Counted from the stretch's first letter, positions 8,720 through 18,078 are shown. The stretch is DNA of 64,000 nt from Endomicrobiia bacterium (GCA_025059805.1 JANXDG010000050.1:18157-82156); one strand, 5' to 3'. The notes: a model not told the origin generated them from the sequence alone. Translations and numbers: made by a program.

Positions 8720-10054
8720 CTATTTTACTGGATATTCAGATGTGAAACATGCTAAACAAAAATCTTCTTTTTTTAACCCAGTCGCAGATACCATACCGTC
8801 AACAGAAAGATAATATAAAGATGTTACACCTAAAAATTTTCTAATCTCATCTACTGAATAGTTAGCAGCGATAAGTTCTTTCTTTGTCGGTGTGTCTATC
8901 CCATAGATGCAAGATGAAACTATAGGCGAACTGGTAATCCTTAAATGTACTTCTTTTGCACCGGCAAGTTTCAACATTGTGACTAATTTTTTTGAAGTTG
9001 TCCCACGTACAATAGAATCGTCAACAACTATAACTCTTCTATCATTAAGTACTGTCTTAACAGTATTATACTTAATTCTTGCAGAAAAATCTCTTATCTT
9101 CTGTCTTGGTTGGATAAACGTACGTCCTATATAATGATTTCTTATAAACCCAAACTCAAACGGTGTCCCGCTCTCATAAGCATAACCCAACGCTGCAGAA
9201 TTTGCAGAATCTGGCACTGAAATAACAATATCTGCATCTGTAGGGTTTTCTCTAAACAAATTTCTGCCTAACTGTAATCTTACATCATGGACACAACGTC
9301 CCTCTATAAAACTGTCAGGCCTTGAAAAATAAATGTATTCAAAGATACAGAAACTTTTATTATTTTTTTCTGCAAAAAGAAAACTACGCATTCTGCCATC
9401 TTTAAACTCAACTATTTCACCAGGTTCCACTTCGCGAACAAAACTTGCTGAGATTATATCCAGTGCACAAGTTTCAGAAGCAATAATAAAACTTCTTCCA
9501 AGTTTACCAATTACTAACGGACGGAAACCATACGGGTCCCTTATTGCATAAAGTACATTCGGTGTCATTAGTATTAACGAATACGCACCTTTTAGTCGTG
9601 GTAAGGTTTTTTTCAAAACATCAATAAGATTTTTTTCTTTACTATGAGATATTAAATGAAGGATCACCTCAGAATCTGTGGTAGTTTGAAATATAGCACC
9701 AACCTCTTCCAATTTTTTCCTTAGGTATTTTGCATTGACGAGGTTACCATTATGAACCAAAGCTAACAAACCTTTAGAACATTTAACAACAATAGGTTGT
9801 GCATTTTTTATATCAGAAGCACCAAACGTAGAATACCTCGTATGACCTATCGCAATCTTACCTTTTAGTTTTACAAGATCATCTTGTGAAAAAATTTCTT
9901 GTACTTCACCTTCACCGATTTTCGTATAAAACCTGTCACCATCGGAAGAAACTATCCCTGCGGATTCCTGACCACGATGTTGTAACGAATACAAACCAAG
10001 ATATGTAAGTTCAGCTGCATCAGAACAATTGTATACTCCAAATATACCACACAT
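8720..10054 (-). CDS. purF: Amidophosphoribosyltransferase
   Basis: MCGIFG N-terminal nucleophile, PRTase motif VIVVDDSIVRGTT, C-terminal Cys cluster CLACFTSEYP. Confidence 0.9.
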   Translation of the reverse strand: MCGIFGVYNCSDAAELTYLGLYSLQHRGQESAGIVSSDGDRFYTKIGEGEVQEIFSQDDLVKLKGKIAIGHTRYSTFGASDIKNAQPIVVKCSKGLLALVHNGNLVNAKYLRKKLEEVGAIFQTTTDSEVILHLISHSKEKNLIDVLKKTLPRLKGAYSLILMTPNVLYAIRDPYGFRPLVIGKLGRSFIIASETCALDIISASFVREVEPGEIVEFKDGRMRSFLFAEKNNKSFCIFEYIYFSRPDSFIEGRCVHDVRLQLGRNLFRENPTDADIVISVPDSANSAALGYAYESGTPFEFGFIRNHYIGRTFIQPRQKIRDFSARIKYNTVKTVLNDRRVIVVDDSIVRGTTSKKLVTMLKLAGAKEVHLRITSSPIVSSCIYGIDTPTKKELIAANYSVDEIRKFLGVTSLYYLSVDGMVSATGLKKEDFCLACFTSEYPVK

Positions 10055-10108
10055 AACTGCTCCTTTTAAGGGTAATATTTATAAACTAGCTTTATAAAAC
10101 ATACTTTT

Positions 10109-11275
10109 CTATTTCAATATTTTTAACAACTCGTGATAAACTCTAACAGGAGTTATTGTTTCCATACAATCAGGTTTTTTATCACAATTACGTCTATAAC
10201 ATACAACACAACTTTTATTAGAAACAATTTTTGTACCTAACCCATAAAGTTCTATCTCGTTTGCAGAAGTAGGACCAAAAAGTACAACCACTTTTTTCTT
10301 TAATGCCAATGCTATATGTAATGCTAAACTGTCAGAAGTGATAACTACGTCACAAAGGTTCACCAGAGAAAAAAATTGTCTTAATGTGTTATTACATCCT
10401 GTATCTATAATTTTAGTAGAGAGTAGCGGGTAGCGAGCAGTGAATAATGTAATAATTTTTTTATTTCTTTGTTCTTCTTTTACTCCGCCGAATAATAAAA
10501 TTTTAATTTCTTTACCCACATAATTCTTACTGCTCGCTATAAGTTTCATAAGTTCTACTGTTTGGGGAACAGGATATTCTTTTTTCTCCCATTTGTCACC
10601 GCCGCCAAGATTTATACCAACAAAAACAAATTTTTTAGATTTTTCATTATTAGAAACATACGGTTCTATAAAATTTTTTGCGAACAATTTTTCTTCATCG
10701 GTTAGTTTAATTATAATAGGATATTCTGAAGAAGATAAATCTTTAAACTCTAAAATTTCCATCAAATATTGTTGATAAGTTTTTTGATTTTTTTTCTTCA
10801 ACAAGTCATTGTGACTTAGGTCAAACCATTGTTTTGCAGCATCGTTTGAACATAAAATTCTATTATCGCCATCTAAATAAAAACCATAAATTTGTTTAGC
10901 AAAAATATTCCTTGTTAACCGCAACGCGTCAAGATCAAGGTCAAGGTTTATCATAATGTCAAATTTTTCACTAAATAAAAGAAAAGATTGACTTAATGGT
11001 ATAACTTCATTAATATAAGAGTTATTATACAAAACTTCAACTGCGTTGTCCTCCGTTATCCAGGTAAGTTTTGAGTTTTTCCATCGTGTATGAATAGGTT
11101 TAAGAATACAAGTTGTACGGACAACATCGCCTATCGCTGCAAGTTTTATCACCAAGATTTTTTTATTTACAGGTTTATAAAATTTACAATTTGCACATAC
11201 TACACTTGCATTATCCTTATGAAACTTACAAGGTCTGTCAGAAAGAAAATAAATACAATCTTGTTTATAATTCAT
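10109..11275 (-). CDS. Glycosyltransferase family 9 (heptosyltransferase-like) with N- and C-terminal Cys clusters
   Basis: KLAAIGDVVRTTCILKPI resembles the RLSxLGD motif of ADP-heptose:LPS heptosyltransferases. The extra Cys-rich segments (CKFHKDNASVVCANCKFY and CVVCYRRNCDKKPDC) are atypical. Confidence 0.6.
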   Translation of the reverse strand: MNYKQDCIYFLSDRPCKFHKDNASVVCANCKFYKPVNKKILVIKLAAIGDVVRTTCILKPIHTRWKNSKLTWITEDNAVEVLYNNSYINEVIPLSQSFLLFSEKFDIMINLDLDLDALRLTRNIFAKQIYGFYLDGDNRILCSNDAAKQWFDLSHNDLLKKKNQKTYQQYLMEILEFKDLSSSEYPIIIKLTDEEKLFAKNFIEPYVSNNEKSKKFVFVGINLGGGDKWEKKEYPVPQTVELMKLIASSKNYVGKEIKILLFGGVKEEQRNKKIITLFTARYPLLSTKIIDTGCNNTLRQFFSLVNLCDVVITSDSLALHIALALKKKVVVLFGPTSANEIELYGLGTKIVSNKSCVVCYRRNCDKKPDCMETITPVRVYHELLKILK

Positions 11276-11279
11276 TTTA

Positions 11280-12101
11280 TTAAACTCTTACTTGAATACC
11301 AGCAGAGTTCATTGCAGTTTTCACTTTTTTTATAGAATACTTTTTATAATGAAACACTGAAGCTGCAAGCACTGCGGAAACTTTTGCCTTCTTTACAACC
11401 TCTATAAAATGTTCTATTTTGCCAGCACCGCCTGAAGCTATGACAGGTATATTTACTGCATCAACTACTGCTTTTGTAAGTTCAACATCGTATCCTTGAT
11501 TAGTACCATCAGCATCTATACTTGTAAGCAAAATCTCGCCAGCACCAAGTTTCTCAACTTTCCTTGCCCAAAATACTGCATCTAACCCTGTTGGTGTTGA
11601 CCCTGCATTTATATATACTTCCCACTTCTTGCTTTCAACTTTTGATCGTGAACTGTGAACTGTGAACCGTGAACTATGAACTGTGAACTGTGAACCGTGA
11701 ACTAACTTAGCATCTATCGCCACAACTATACATTGTGAACCAAACATTTTCGCAGCTTGTTTCACAAAATCAGGATTTTTAACAGCAGCAGTGTTTATTG
11801 CAACTTTATCCGCACCTGAGTTCAACAAATCACGAATATCATCTAAACTTTTAACACCACCACCTACTGTTAACGGTACAAAAACATTTTGTGCTGTACG
11901 TTTTACCACATCTAACAATATTTGTCTTTTCTCAATTGTCGCTGTAATGTCTAAAAAAACAATTTCGTCTGCTCCTTCGTCAGAATACCATTTCGCAAGT
12001 TCCACAGGGTCACCCGCATAACGTAAATTCTTAAAATGAATACCTTTTACAACTTTACCTTCTTTTACATCAAGACATGGAATTATTCGTATTGTGTACA
12101 T
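11280..12101 (-). CDS. hisF: Imidazole glycerol phosphate synthase cyclase subunit HisF (carries an in-frame repeat-encoded insertion)
   Basis: [38 protein letters not shown] motifs. An extra ~20 aa segment [17 protein letters not shown] is encoded by a heptamer tandem repeat. Confidence 0.85.
   Translation of the reverse strand: MYTIRIIPCLDVKEGKVVKGIHFKNLRYAGDPVELAKWYSDEGADEIVFLDITATIEKRQILLDVVKRTAQNVFVPLTVGGGVKSLDDIRDLLNSGADKVAINTAAVKNPDFVKQAAKMFGSQCIVVAIDAKLVHGSQFTVHSSRFTVHSSRSKVESKKWEVYINAGSTPTGLDAVFWARKVEKLGAGEILLTSIDADGTNQGYDVELTKAVVDAVNIPVIASGGAGKIEHFIEVVKKAKVSAVLAASVFHYKKYSIKKVKTAMNSAGIQVRV
11648..11703. repeat. Tandem heptamer repeat (GTGAACT on plus strand, AGTTCAC on the coding strand), 8 units, inside hisF
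   Basis: Direct reading: gtgaact gtgaact gtgaacc gtgaact atgaact gtgaact gtgaacc gtgaact. Confidence 0.9.
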
Positions 12102-12115
12102 AAAAATTTATTTAG

Positions 12116-12976
12116 TCATTTATGCAATAATAAAATTATTATGTCCACTATTAACAAAACTACAAAACCTGACAAACCTAACATACCAACTATAAATTCA
12201 TTACCGCCTTTCAAAAACAATATTGAAATTCCATATGTTGCATTTAAAGTACCATGAAGGATAGAAGTTGCAATCACAGAACCTGATTTAAATCGTATAT
12301 AGTTAAAAATTGGTGAATATAAAACACAAAAAATTATCATCCATAAAACACCTAAAGTAGGATTACTTGGATAATTATGTCCCTGTAGAATCAACGGTAT
12401 ATGCCACACTCCCCAAATAAATCCTGTCATTGTTGAAACTTTCCAGAAGTTAAGTTTCTGAGATAACTCATTAAATAAAAACCCGCGCCAACCTATCTCT
12501 TCACCAAACGCTACTAATGCGTTTATAGTAGCACCTGCGACTAACGATTGTAAACTCCATACCACTACAGGACTAACCTGTGCTGAATCAAACTGTGTTC
12601 TTATTTGCCTTAATTGTTCTTGTGACATTGTTTTACCTAATCTTTCAAAAAACGCTTCCATATCTACTGAAACTTCTATCCCTGGAAACAAACTTGCTAT
12701 ACCAATAGATGCATAAGACAAAACTAATGGCAACAACCATGCAACTAAAAACCAAAAATTAACTTTGAACTTAATCCCACAAGTATCATTAACATCATTA
12801 TGATAAAAAATCCTTTCAATAACTATTACAGAAATTAACGGACAAAACATATACAAAACTGCCACAAGGATACCTGTACTACTATTCCACTTACCTCCAA
12901 TAAGAGGAAATCCTATACCTATCAGCCAACTTAGTATGAATGTAAATACTAAAAATCTTATGGCACGCTCAGTCAT
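12116..12976 (-). CDS. CPBP family intramembrane glutamic endopeptidase (CAAX protease-like)
   Basis: EEIGWRGFLF (EExxxR motif), later conserved His motifs, and a multi-TM profile. Confidence 0.7.
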   Translation of the reverse strand: MTERAIRFLVFTFILSWLIGIGFPLIGGKWNSSTGILVAVLYMFCPLISVIVIERIFYHNDVNDTCGIKFKVNFWFLVAWLLPLVLSYASIGIASLFPGIEVSVDMEAFFERLGKTMSQEQLRQIRTQFDSAQVSPVVVWSLQSLVAGATINALVAFGEEIGWRGFLFNELSQKLNFWKVSTMTGFIWGVWHIPLILQGHNYPSNPTLGVLWMIIFCVLYSPIFNYIRFKSGSVIATSILHGTLNATYGISILFLKGGNEFIVGMLGLSGFVVLLIVDIIILLLHK

Positions 12977-12995
12977 AATTAGTTTATATCAAAAA

Positions 12996-13619
12996 TTACA
13001 ACAACTCAAAATATTTCATTATGTTACTAAGCAGTTTCAAACCTTTATCACCACTTTTTTCAAGATGAAACTGTGTCGCAACAAGATTGTTTTTAACTAT
13101 CATTGAACAAAATTTCACACCATAACACGTAGTAGCAAAAACAATATTTTTCTCAGACACCAAAGGATAATATGAATGAACAAAATAAAAATATTCTTCA
13201 TCTCGTAATCCAGCAAGTAGTGCTGTATTTTTATTTTTAAACCTTACAATGTTCCAACAAATATGTGGAACAGGTAGTCCTCGTGTAGAAAACTTTACTA
13301 CCTTTCCACTAACTAAACTAAGACCTTTAACATCTTTTGCTTCCTCACTTGAATTAAACACAAGCTGAATACCAAGACAAATACCTAATATTGGTTTACC
13401 AAGAGAAAAAAATTTTTTTATTTCTTCATCCAACCCAGTACTATTTAACATCTTCATTGCAGAACCAAAATTGCCAACACCTGGTAAAATTAAAACATCA
13501 CAGTTTTTTATCGGCGAAGAATTAATAATCAGAGGTTGGTAACCTAAAACATCTATCGCTTTGCTTATACTCATCAAATTGCCAGCACCATAGTTTATAA
13601 TACCAACTTTTCTAATCAC
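12996..13619 (-). CDS. hisH: Imidazole glycerol phosphate synthase glutamine amidotransferase subunit HisH
   Basis: GAGNLMS, GVGNFG, catalytic GICLGIQL cysteine and FHLEKS histidine motifs. Confidence 0.85.
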   Translation of the reverse strand: MIRKVGIINYGAGNLMSISKAIDVLGYQPLIINSSPIKNCDVLILPGVGNFGSAMKMLNSTGLDEEIKKFFSLGKPILGICLGIQLVFNSSEEAKDVKGLSLVSGKVVKFSTRGLPVPHICWNIVRFKNKNTALLAGLRDEEYFYFVHSYYPLVSEKNIVFATTCYGVKFCSMIVKNNLVATQFHLEKSGDKGLKLLSNIMKYFELL

Positions 13620-14506
13620 TTCAATGCTCCAACTATTTGATCTAAAGTTAACTTTTCTTTCTTAAGATAATTTGTTAAAAATTTTATACATTCAACTGGA
13701 AGTTGAGGATTACGAAAATAACCACTACCAATTTGTACTGCTTTCGCTCCTAATAACAAATACTCAATAACATCTCTTGGAAATAATACACCGCCACACG
13801 CAATTATGTCTATATTAAAATTTTTACCAATATCATATACCCATCTTTGTACTAACGGTTTTATACCAGGACCAGAGTAACCACCGTATTTGTTAGCAAG
13901 TCTAAACTTTCTTTTCTCATAATCAACAGCAATACCAGTATAAGTATTAAAAAGCGTCACAGCATCTATCCCGCAATCTACAACTATCTTAACCCACACC
14001 TCAATATCAATTTCAGGAGTAAGTTTCGCAATAAGCGGTTTTTTAGTAGCCTCTCGTAAATTTCTCAACATAATAGCCAGAATTTTTTTATCATAAAACC
14101 ATCTACCTTTCTCAACATTTGGACAAGAAAGATTTAACTCGTACGCATCAAAAATTTTATACTCTTCTAATTTCTTAAGTATAACAACAAACTCTTCATC
14201 AGTATAACCTAACAAACTTGCAATCTTTATAGTCTTTACCCTCTTGATATACTTAATTTTTTCAATTAGATTCTCCACACCAGGATTTTCTAAACCAATA
14301 GAATTAAGCATACCATAAGAAAAATCAACCACGCGCGGTGTAGGGTTACCACTGCGAGGTTCAAACGTAACTGTCTTAAACACCACAGCACCACATTTGT
14401 TAAGAACACCTACATTTTCTTCACCAAAACCGCACACACCTGAAGCTACAATTACAGGATTCTCAAGGTTTAACTTTGCAACGGAAGTTTTAAGGCAGGT
14501 AACCAT
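13616..14506 (-). CDS. pyrD: Dihydroorotate dehydrogenase catalytic subunit (class 1-like)
   Basis: NLSCPN active-site region, FMN-binding GGVLF/GSG motifs, 296 aa TIM-barrel pattern. Confidence 0.75.
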   Translation of the reverse strand: MVTCLKTSVAKLNLENPVIVASGVCGFGEENVGVLNKCGAVVFKTVTFEPRSGNPTPRVVDFSYGMLNSIGLENPGVENLIEKIKYIKRVKTIKIASLLGYTDEEFVVILKKLEEYKIFDAYELNLSCPNVEKGRWFYDKKILAIMLRNLREATKKPLIAKLTPEIDIEVWVKIVVDCGIDAVTLFNTYTGIAVDYEKRKFRLANKYGGYSGPGIKPLVQRWVYDIGKNFNIDIIACGGVLFPRDVIEYLLLGAKAVQIGSGYFRNPQLPVECIKFLTNYLKKEKLTLDQIVGALK

Positions 14507-14541
14507 TTTTGTTTAGCACTTATTCTTTTGAGATAAAAAAG

Positions 14542-14614
14542 GAAGGTGCGGGTGGGATTTGCACCCACGAATCGCGGTTTTGCAGACCGCTCCCTTATCT
14601 ACTTGGGTACCGCA
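14542..14614 (-). tRNA. tRNA-Cys (anticodon GCA)
   Basis: Minus-strand cloverleaf GGTGCGG...CCGCACC, anticodon loop CUGCAAA, U73 discriminator (Cys identity), 73 nt. Confidence 0.8.
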
Positions 14615-15503
14615 CCGTTTTTCCTCAAAAAATCAAGGTTAACATTTAAAATTTAAAATAGTATATTTTATTCGGAATAAAATGTCAATATTTCTCACTT
14701 TTTCACTAATTAGGCAGTTTAATAAAGGATTTGACTATTACATGTATATTATACATATATATTAACCAAGGAAATCTATTGTAAAACTTCATGTGAAAAA
14801 GAAGGTAAGTTTGAAGATGCATTACAAAATTACTTGAAGTTCTTCAAATTAAGAAAGGATTTGTTATCCTTAATGCCTAAAGAATTACAACTAACTTATC
14901 TTAAATCACAAAATAGGAAACAACTAAACAAAGAAATAATAAATCTCTGTAACAAACTGCAAAAGTCAGTCCCTACAGATGTGCAATAAGAATACTTTTC
15001 TATACAAAACAGTCGAACTTAAAAAATCAAAAAACTTCTCATCATAAAATTCTGAGGTGGTTCTTAAATTAAAACAGGACAAAAATATTGCCCTGTATAG
15101 CAAAATAAAACAGGTAATGTTGAGGATATTTAATTGTTCAGCAATTAGCAGATAGTAGTTATAGATAAATCAGGTTTCTTTTGTTTTACTTTTCCCCTGC
15201 AAGGGAAGAAGTAGGTTTAGACACTTTACTTTATTGTAGAAAAAAATAATGAAACCTAAAGGTTGCAGCTACTATTAAGTAAATCGGTGGAAAATATAAA
15301 AATAGAAAAAAGTAACAGAGGTCATCGGTTAGCGAGTAACGGTAAGGATAAAATACGAACTTGAAGGCTATCACTGTAAATAGTTTTTTTAGGTGGATAG
15401 GTTTTAAAAAAATTTTAGTCAGAAATGTTCACTCGTTCAAACACCGACATATTAAAACAACATACCAGACTAGGTATACCACTAATTGAAAAGCAAAAGA
15501 TAA

Positions 15504-15577
15504 TTGCGGGGGGTGGATTTGAACCACCGACCTCAAGGTTATGGGCCTTGCGAGCTACCGGGCTGCTCCACCCCGCG
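15504..15577 (-). tRNA. tRNA-Met (anticodon CAT), initiator-like
   Basis: CGCGGGG...CCCCGCA acceptor with a C1:A72 mismatch and A11:U24, both initiator-like. Only two G:C pairs close the anticodon stem, which is not initiator-like. Loop CCCATAA. Confidence 0.8.
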
Positions 15578-15609
15578 GTTAAGTTATGATAAGATTACAA
15601 AATTTTTGT

Positions 15610-15963
15610 TTATACTTCAATATATTCTTCTTTGATAAATCTTTTATACCAACATTCAAACTCTTCCGGTCGTACAAGATGTAACTGAAACGGAGAAAAA
15701 GAACCTATTCTTTTTTTAATCTCCGTGCGGATATGTCTATTCTCTTGCCAGTTTGTTGAAAGGTTCTCTGAGATTATCAAAATATCAATATCGCTTAACG
15801 GTGTATAATTCTTTTTCACTACAGAACCAAACACTAAAACACGTGCTGTACCTAAAAGTTCAACTGCTATCTGTTTTATTTTATTTGCATAAAATTCTAT
15901 GTTCTCAAAATACTTTTTTTTCTCTTCCAAAACTTTCTTACTGATTAACATCAAATCTTTCAT
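15610..15963 (-). CDS. Minimal nucleotidyltransferase (MNT/MntA-type antitoxin)
   Basis: LVFGSVVKKNYTPLSDIDILII, i.e. the GS...DxD Pol-beta-type nucleotidyltransferase motif. 117 aa. Confidence 0.75.
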   Translation of the reverse strand: MKDLMLISKKVLEEKKKYFENIEFYANKIKQIAVELLGTARVLVFGSVVKKNYTPLSDIDILIISENLSTNWQENRHIRTEIKKRIGSFSPFQLHLVRPEEFECWYKRFIKEEYIEV

Positions 15964-16390
15964 TTAGTTTTTCTTCTATAAACTTAAAAAATTTTTTACA
16001 GTTTTCAAGCAATGCTGAAACTAAACTCCTATTAAACTCTTTTGGTAAATATCTTGAAGTAAAATAAGCATCGGACAAATCATCAAAAAATATTTCGTTG
16101 TTTTCGTAAAATTCATAGAATTCTTTGTCCTCTTCTATTTCAGCTAGTTTTTTAAAAAGGTCAGGTAGGTAGTGAATTTTAGGCCACTCACCTACTTTTT
16201 TCGCAATTAAGTATTTTATATATAACTGAACTGCCTGTTCTAAACTAAATGCTGCCAGATTGTATTTCCCTTCGTTGAAGAGTCGGTTAGCTTCATCCCA
16301 GAACTCTTTCGCTCGTTGTTTCAGAAAATCAATTTTTTCCATAAAAAGATATTCATTCAGTATATTCAAACTTATACCCAATGTTCTCAA
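15938..16390 (-). CDS. HEPN domain protein (toxin partner of MNT). The true start may be the internal Met near 16342.
   Basis: About 135-150 aa, alpha-helical, immediately upstream of and overlapping the MNT gene. This is the standard HEPN-MNT arrangement. Confidence 0.6.
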   Translation of the reverse strand: MRTLGISLNILNEYLFMEKIDFLKQRAKEFWDEANRLFNEGKYNLAAFSLEQAVQLYIKYLIAKKVGEWPKIHYLPDLFKKLAEIEEDKEFYEFYENNEIFFDDLSDAYFTSRYLPKEFNRSLVSALLENCKKFFKFIEEKLNERFDVNQ

Positions 16391-17054
16391 CTGTTTTTAT
16401 ATACTTACCAATCTCTTCACCTAGTTTCTTCCTCAGGTTCATCACATGGACATCAAGAGTACGGGTTTTCTCCATTTCCTGTTCGTCAGAATATCCCCAA
16501 AGTGTTTTCAGCAAAAATTTGCGGTCAAGAACACGATTCTGATTTTTCATTAACAAATATAGAAGTTGAAACTCTTTAGGCGTAAGTTCTATTCTTTGTG
16601 GTTGTAACACTGTAACTGTGTAACTATCAACATCTATTGTCAAAGGTCCTATAGTAATAACTTCGTGAGGTTTACCACCAAAAATTTCAACTCGTCGCAG
16701 TAAAGCTTTAATTCTAACTAAAAGTTCCCTTGGTTCAAAAGGTTTCACAATATAATCATCAGCGCCACATTCAAAACCTATTAGCTTATCCTCTGTACTA
16801 CTACGTGCTGTCAACATTATTACAGGTATTGTTTGAAACCTAAAGTCTGCTTTTATTTCTCTACAAAGATCTATACCATCACAGTCAGGTAAAGTTAAAT
16901 CCAGTAGTATAAGATCAGGCGAATAAAGTAAAATTTTTTTTACAACATCTTTACCTACGTAAGAGTGTATCACATCAAACTCTGCCGATTTTAATACTTG
17001 ACTAATAAATTCAGCTGTTTCTTGATCATCCTCAATTATTAAAATTTTTGTCAT
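16353..17054 (-). CDS. OmpR/PhoB-family response regulator (receiver plus winged-helix), orphan
   Basis: Receiver with LDLTLPDCDG and KPF. C-terminal winged helix with LTPKEFQLL. No adjacent histidine kinase. Confidence 0.8.
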   Translation of the reverse strand: MTKILIIEDDQETAEFISQVLKSAEFDVIHSYVGKDVVKKILLYSPDLILLDLTLPDCDGIDLCREIKADFRFQTIPVIMLTARSSTEDKLIGFECGADDYIVKPFEPRELLVRIKALLRRVEIFGGKPHEVITIGPLTIDVDSYTVTVLQPQRIELTPKEFQLLYLLMKNQNRVLDRKFLLKTLWGYSDEQEMEKTRTLDVHVMNLRKKLGEEIGKYIKTVENIGYKFEYTE

Positions 17055-17094
17055 AACAAGTGATTTTTACAAATTTTTAATCATAAATTCAATA

Positions 17095-17123
17095 TTGACT
17101 CAAAAATAATTTTTTTATATCTT
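17095..17123 (+). promoter_or_regulatory. Candidate sigma70-like promoter for moaA (TTGACT ... TATATC/TATCTT)
   Basis: TTGACT at 17095-17100 and an AT-rich -10-like hexamer 15-17 nt downstream, about 10 nt before the moaA ATG at 17131. Confidence 0.3.
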
Positions 17124-17130
17124 TTCAAAT

Positions 17131-18078
17131 ATGCTTATTGATAAGTATGGTAGAAAAATTACATATCTTCGTGTGTCAGTCACTGAACGATGTAATTTCA
17201 ACTGTACTTACTGTAGTTCAACTGACCCTACTGAAAGTGTTAATGAAGTTTCTTTAGAAGACTATCTTAGAATAATAAAAGTTTTATCTCATCTTGGTAT
17301 TAACAGAATACGTCTTACAGGTGGTGAACCTTTTCTTCGCACTGATTTTGTTGAGTTTATATCAGAAATTAAAAAATTAAATATAGATGTTGCAATAACT
17401 ACAAACGCCTCCTTACTTTCGGAAAGCATAATTACTAAATTAGACAAACTTAATATAAAAAGATTTAATGTCTCACTTGATACACTCAATAAGAATAGGT
17501 TTTACGAAATTACCAAGACTCGCCTGTTAAACCGTGTGATTGAGAATATAAAAATTTTATCTTCGTACGATATAAATCTAAAATTAAATTGTGTAATTAT
17601 GAAAAGTATAAATTCTGATGAAGTTGAAGAATTTATAGAGTTTGCCAGTAAACATAACGCAATTATAAGATTTATAGAACTGATGCCAATTGGTCCTCAC
17701 TATAATAAACAATTATTTCTTCCTTTAACAGAAATTATAGACAAACTAATTAAGAAAAAAAAATTGAAAGAAATAACACCTGATTATGGTTATTTTGACA
17801 ATCTTGGTCCTGGAAGATATTTTATATATAACTTAAACAAAATTATAGGATTTATCACTCCACTGTCAAATCCGTTTTGTAACAATTGCAATAGACTACG
17901 TATCACTTCAAAACTTACTCTTAGGTCTTGTTTAGGATACAATTATGAAATAGACTTAAAAAATGTATCATCAGATGATGAAATAAAATTAAAAATCTTT
18001 GAAGCATTGCAAACAAAACCACAAAAATATTCGTTTGATACAACTATTAAAGATTGTATGCGTTCAATAGGTGGATAG
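17131..18078 (+). CDS. moaA: GTP 3',8-cyclase (radical SAM)
   Basis: CNFNCTYC radical-SAM cluster motif and C-terminal CNNCNRLRITS second-cluster cysteines. Confidence 0.85.
   Translation: MLIDKYGRKITYLRVSVTERCNFNCTYCSSTDPTESVNEVSLEDYLRIIKVLSHLGINRIRLTGGEPFLRTDFVEFISEIKKLNIDVAITTNASLLSESIITKLDKLNIKRFNVSLDTLNKNRFYEITKTRLLNRVIENIKILSSYDINLKLNCVIMKSINSDEVEEFIEFASKHNAIIRFIELMPIGPHYNKQLFLPLTEIIDKLIKKKKLKEITPDYGYFDNLGPGRYFIYNLNKIIGFITPLSNPFCNNCNRLRITSKLTLRSCLGYNYEIDLKNVSSDDEIKLKIFEALQTKPQKYSFDTTIKDCMRSIGG

Noticed and set aside
11648-11703. Possible CRISPR array or mobile-element terminal repeat, raised by the short tandem repeats at 11648-11703, 61663-61690 and 20967-21038.
   Set aside because: The units are 7 to 8 nt and directly abutting, with no spacers. 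Two of the arrays are in-frame inside conserved enzymes. No cas genes or transposase are nearby. They are simple-sequence repeats, not CRISPR or an IS element.
14615-15503. tmRNA, RNase P RNA, SRP RNA or 6S RNA in the long spacer.
   Set aside because: None of the hallmark conserved strings I know were visible (AGGAAAGUCCGGGCUCC for RNase P, the tRNA-like GGUUCGAUUCC end plus a tag-peptide ORF for tmRNA, the SRP domain IV GGAAG/AGCAGC pair). This does not exclude a different ncRNA.
17055-17130. Moco riboswitch upstream of moaA.
   Set aside because: The 76-nt spacer is shorter than the riboswitch aptamer. Only a plausible sigma70-like promoter was seen.
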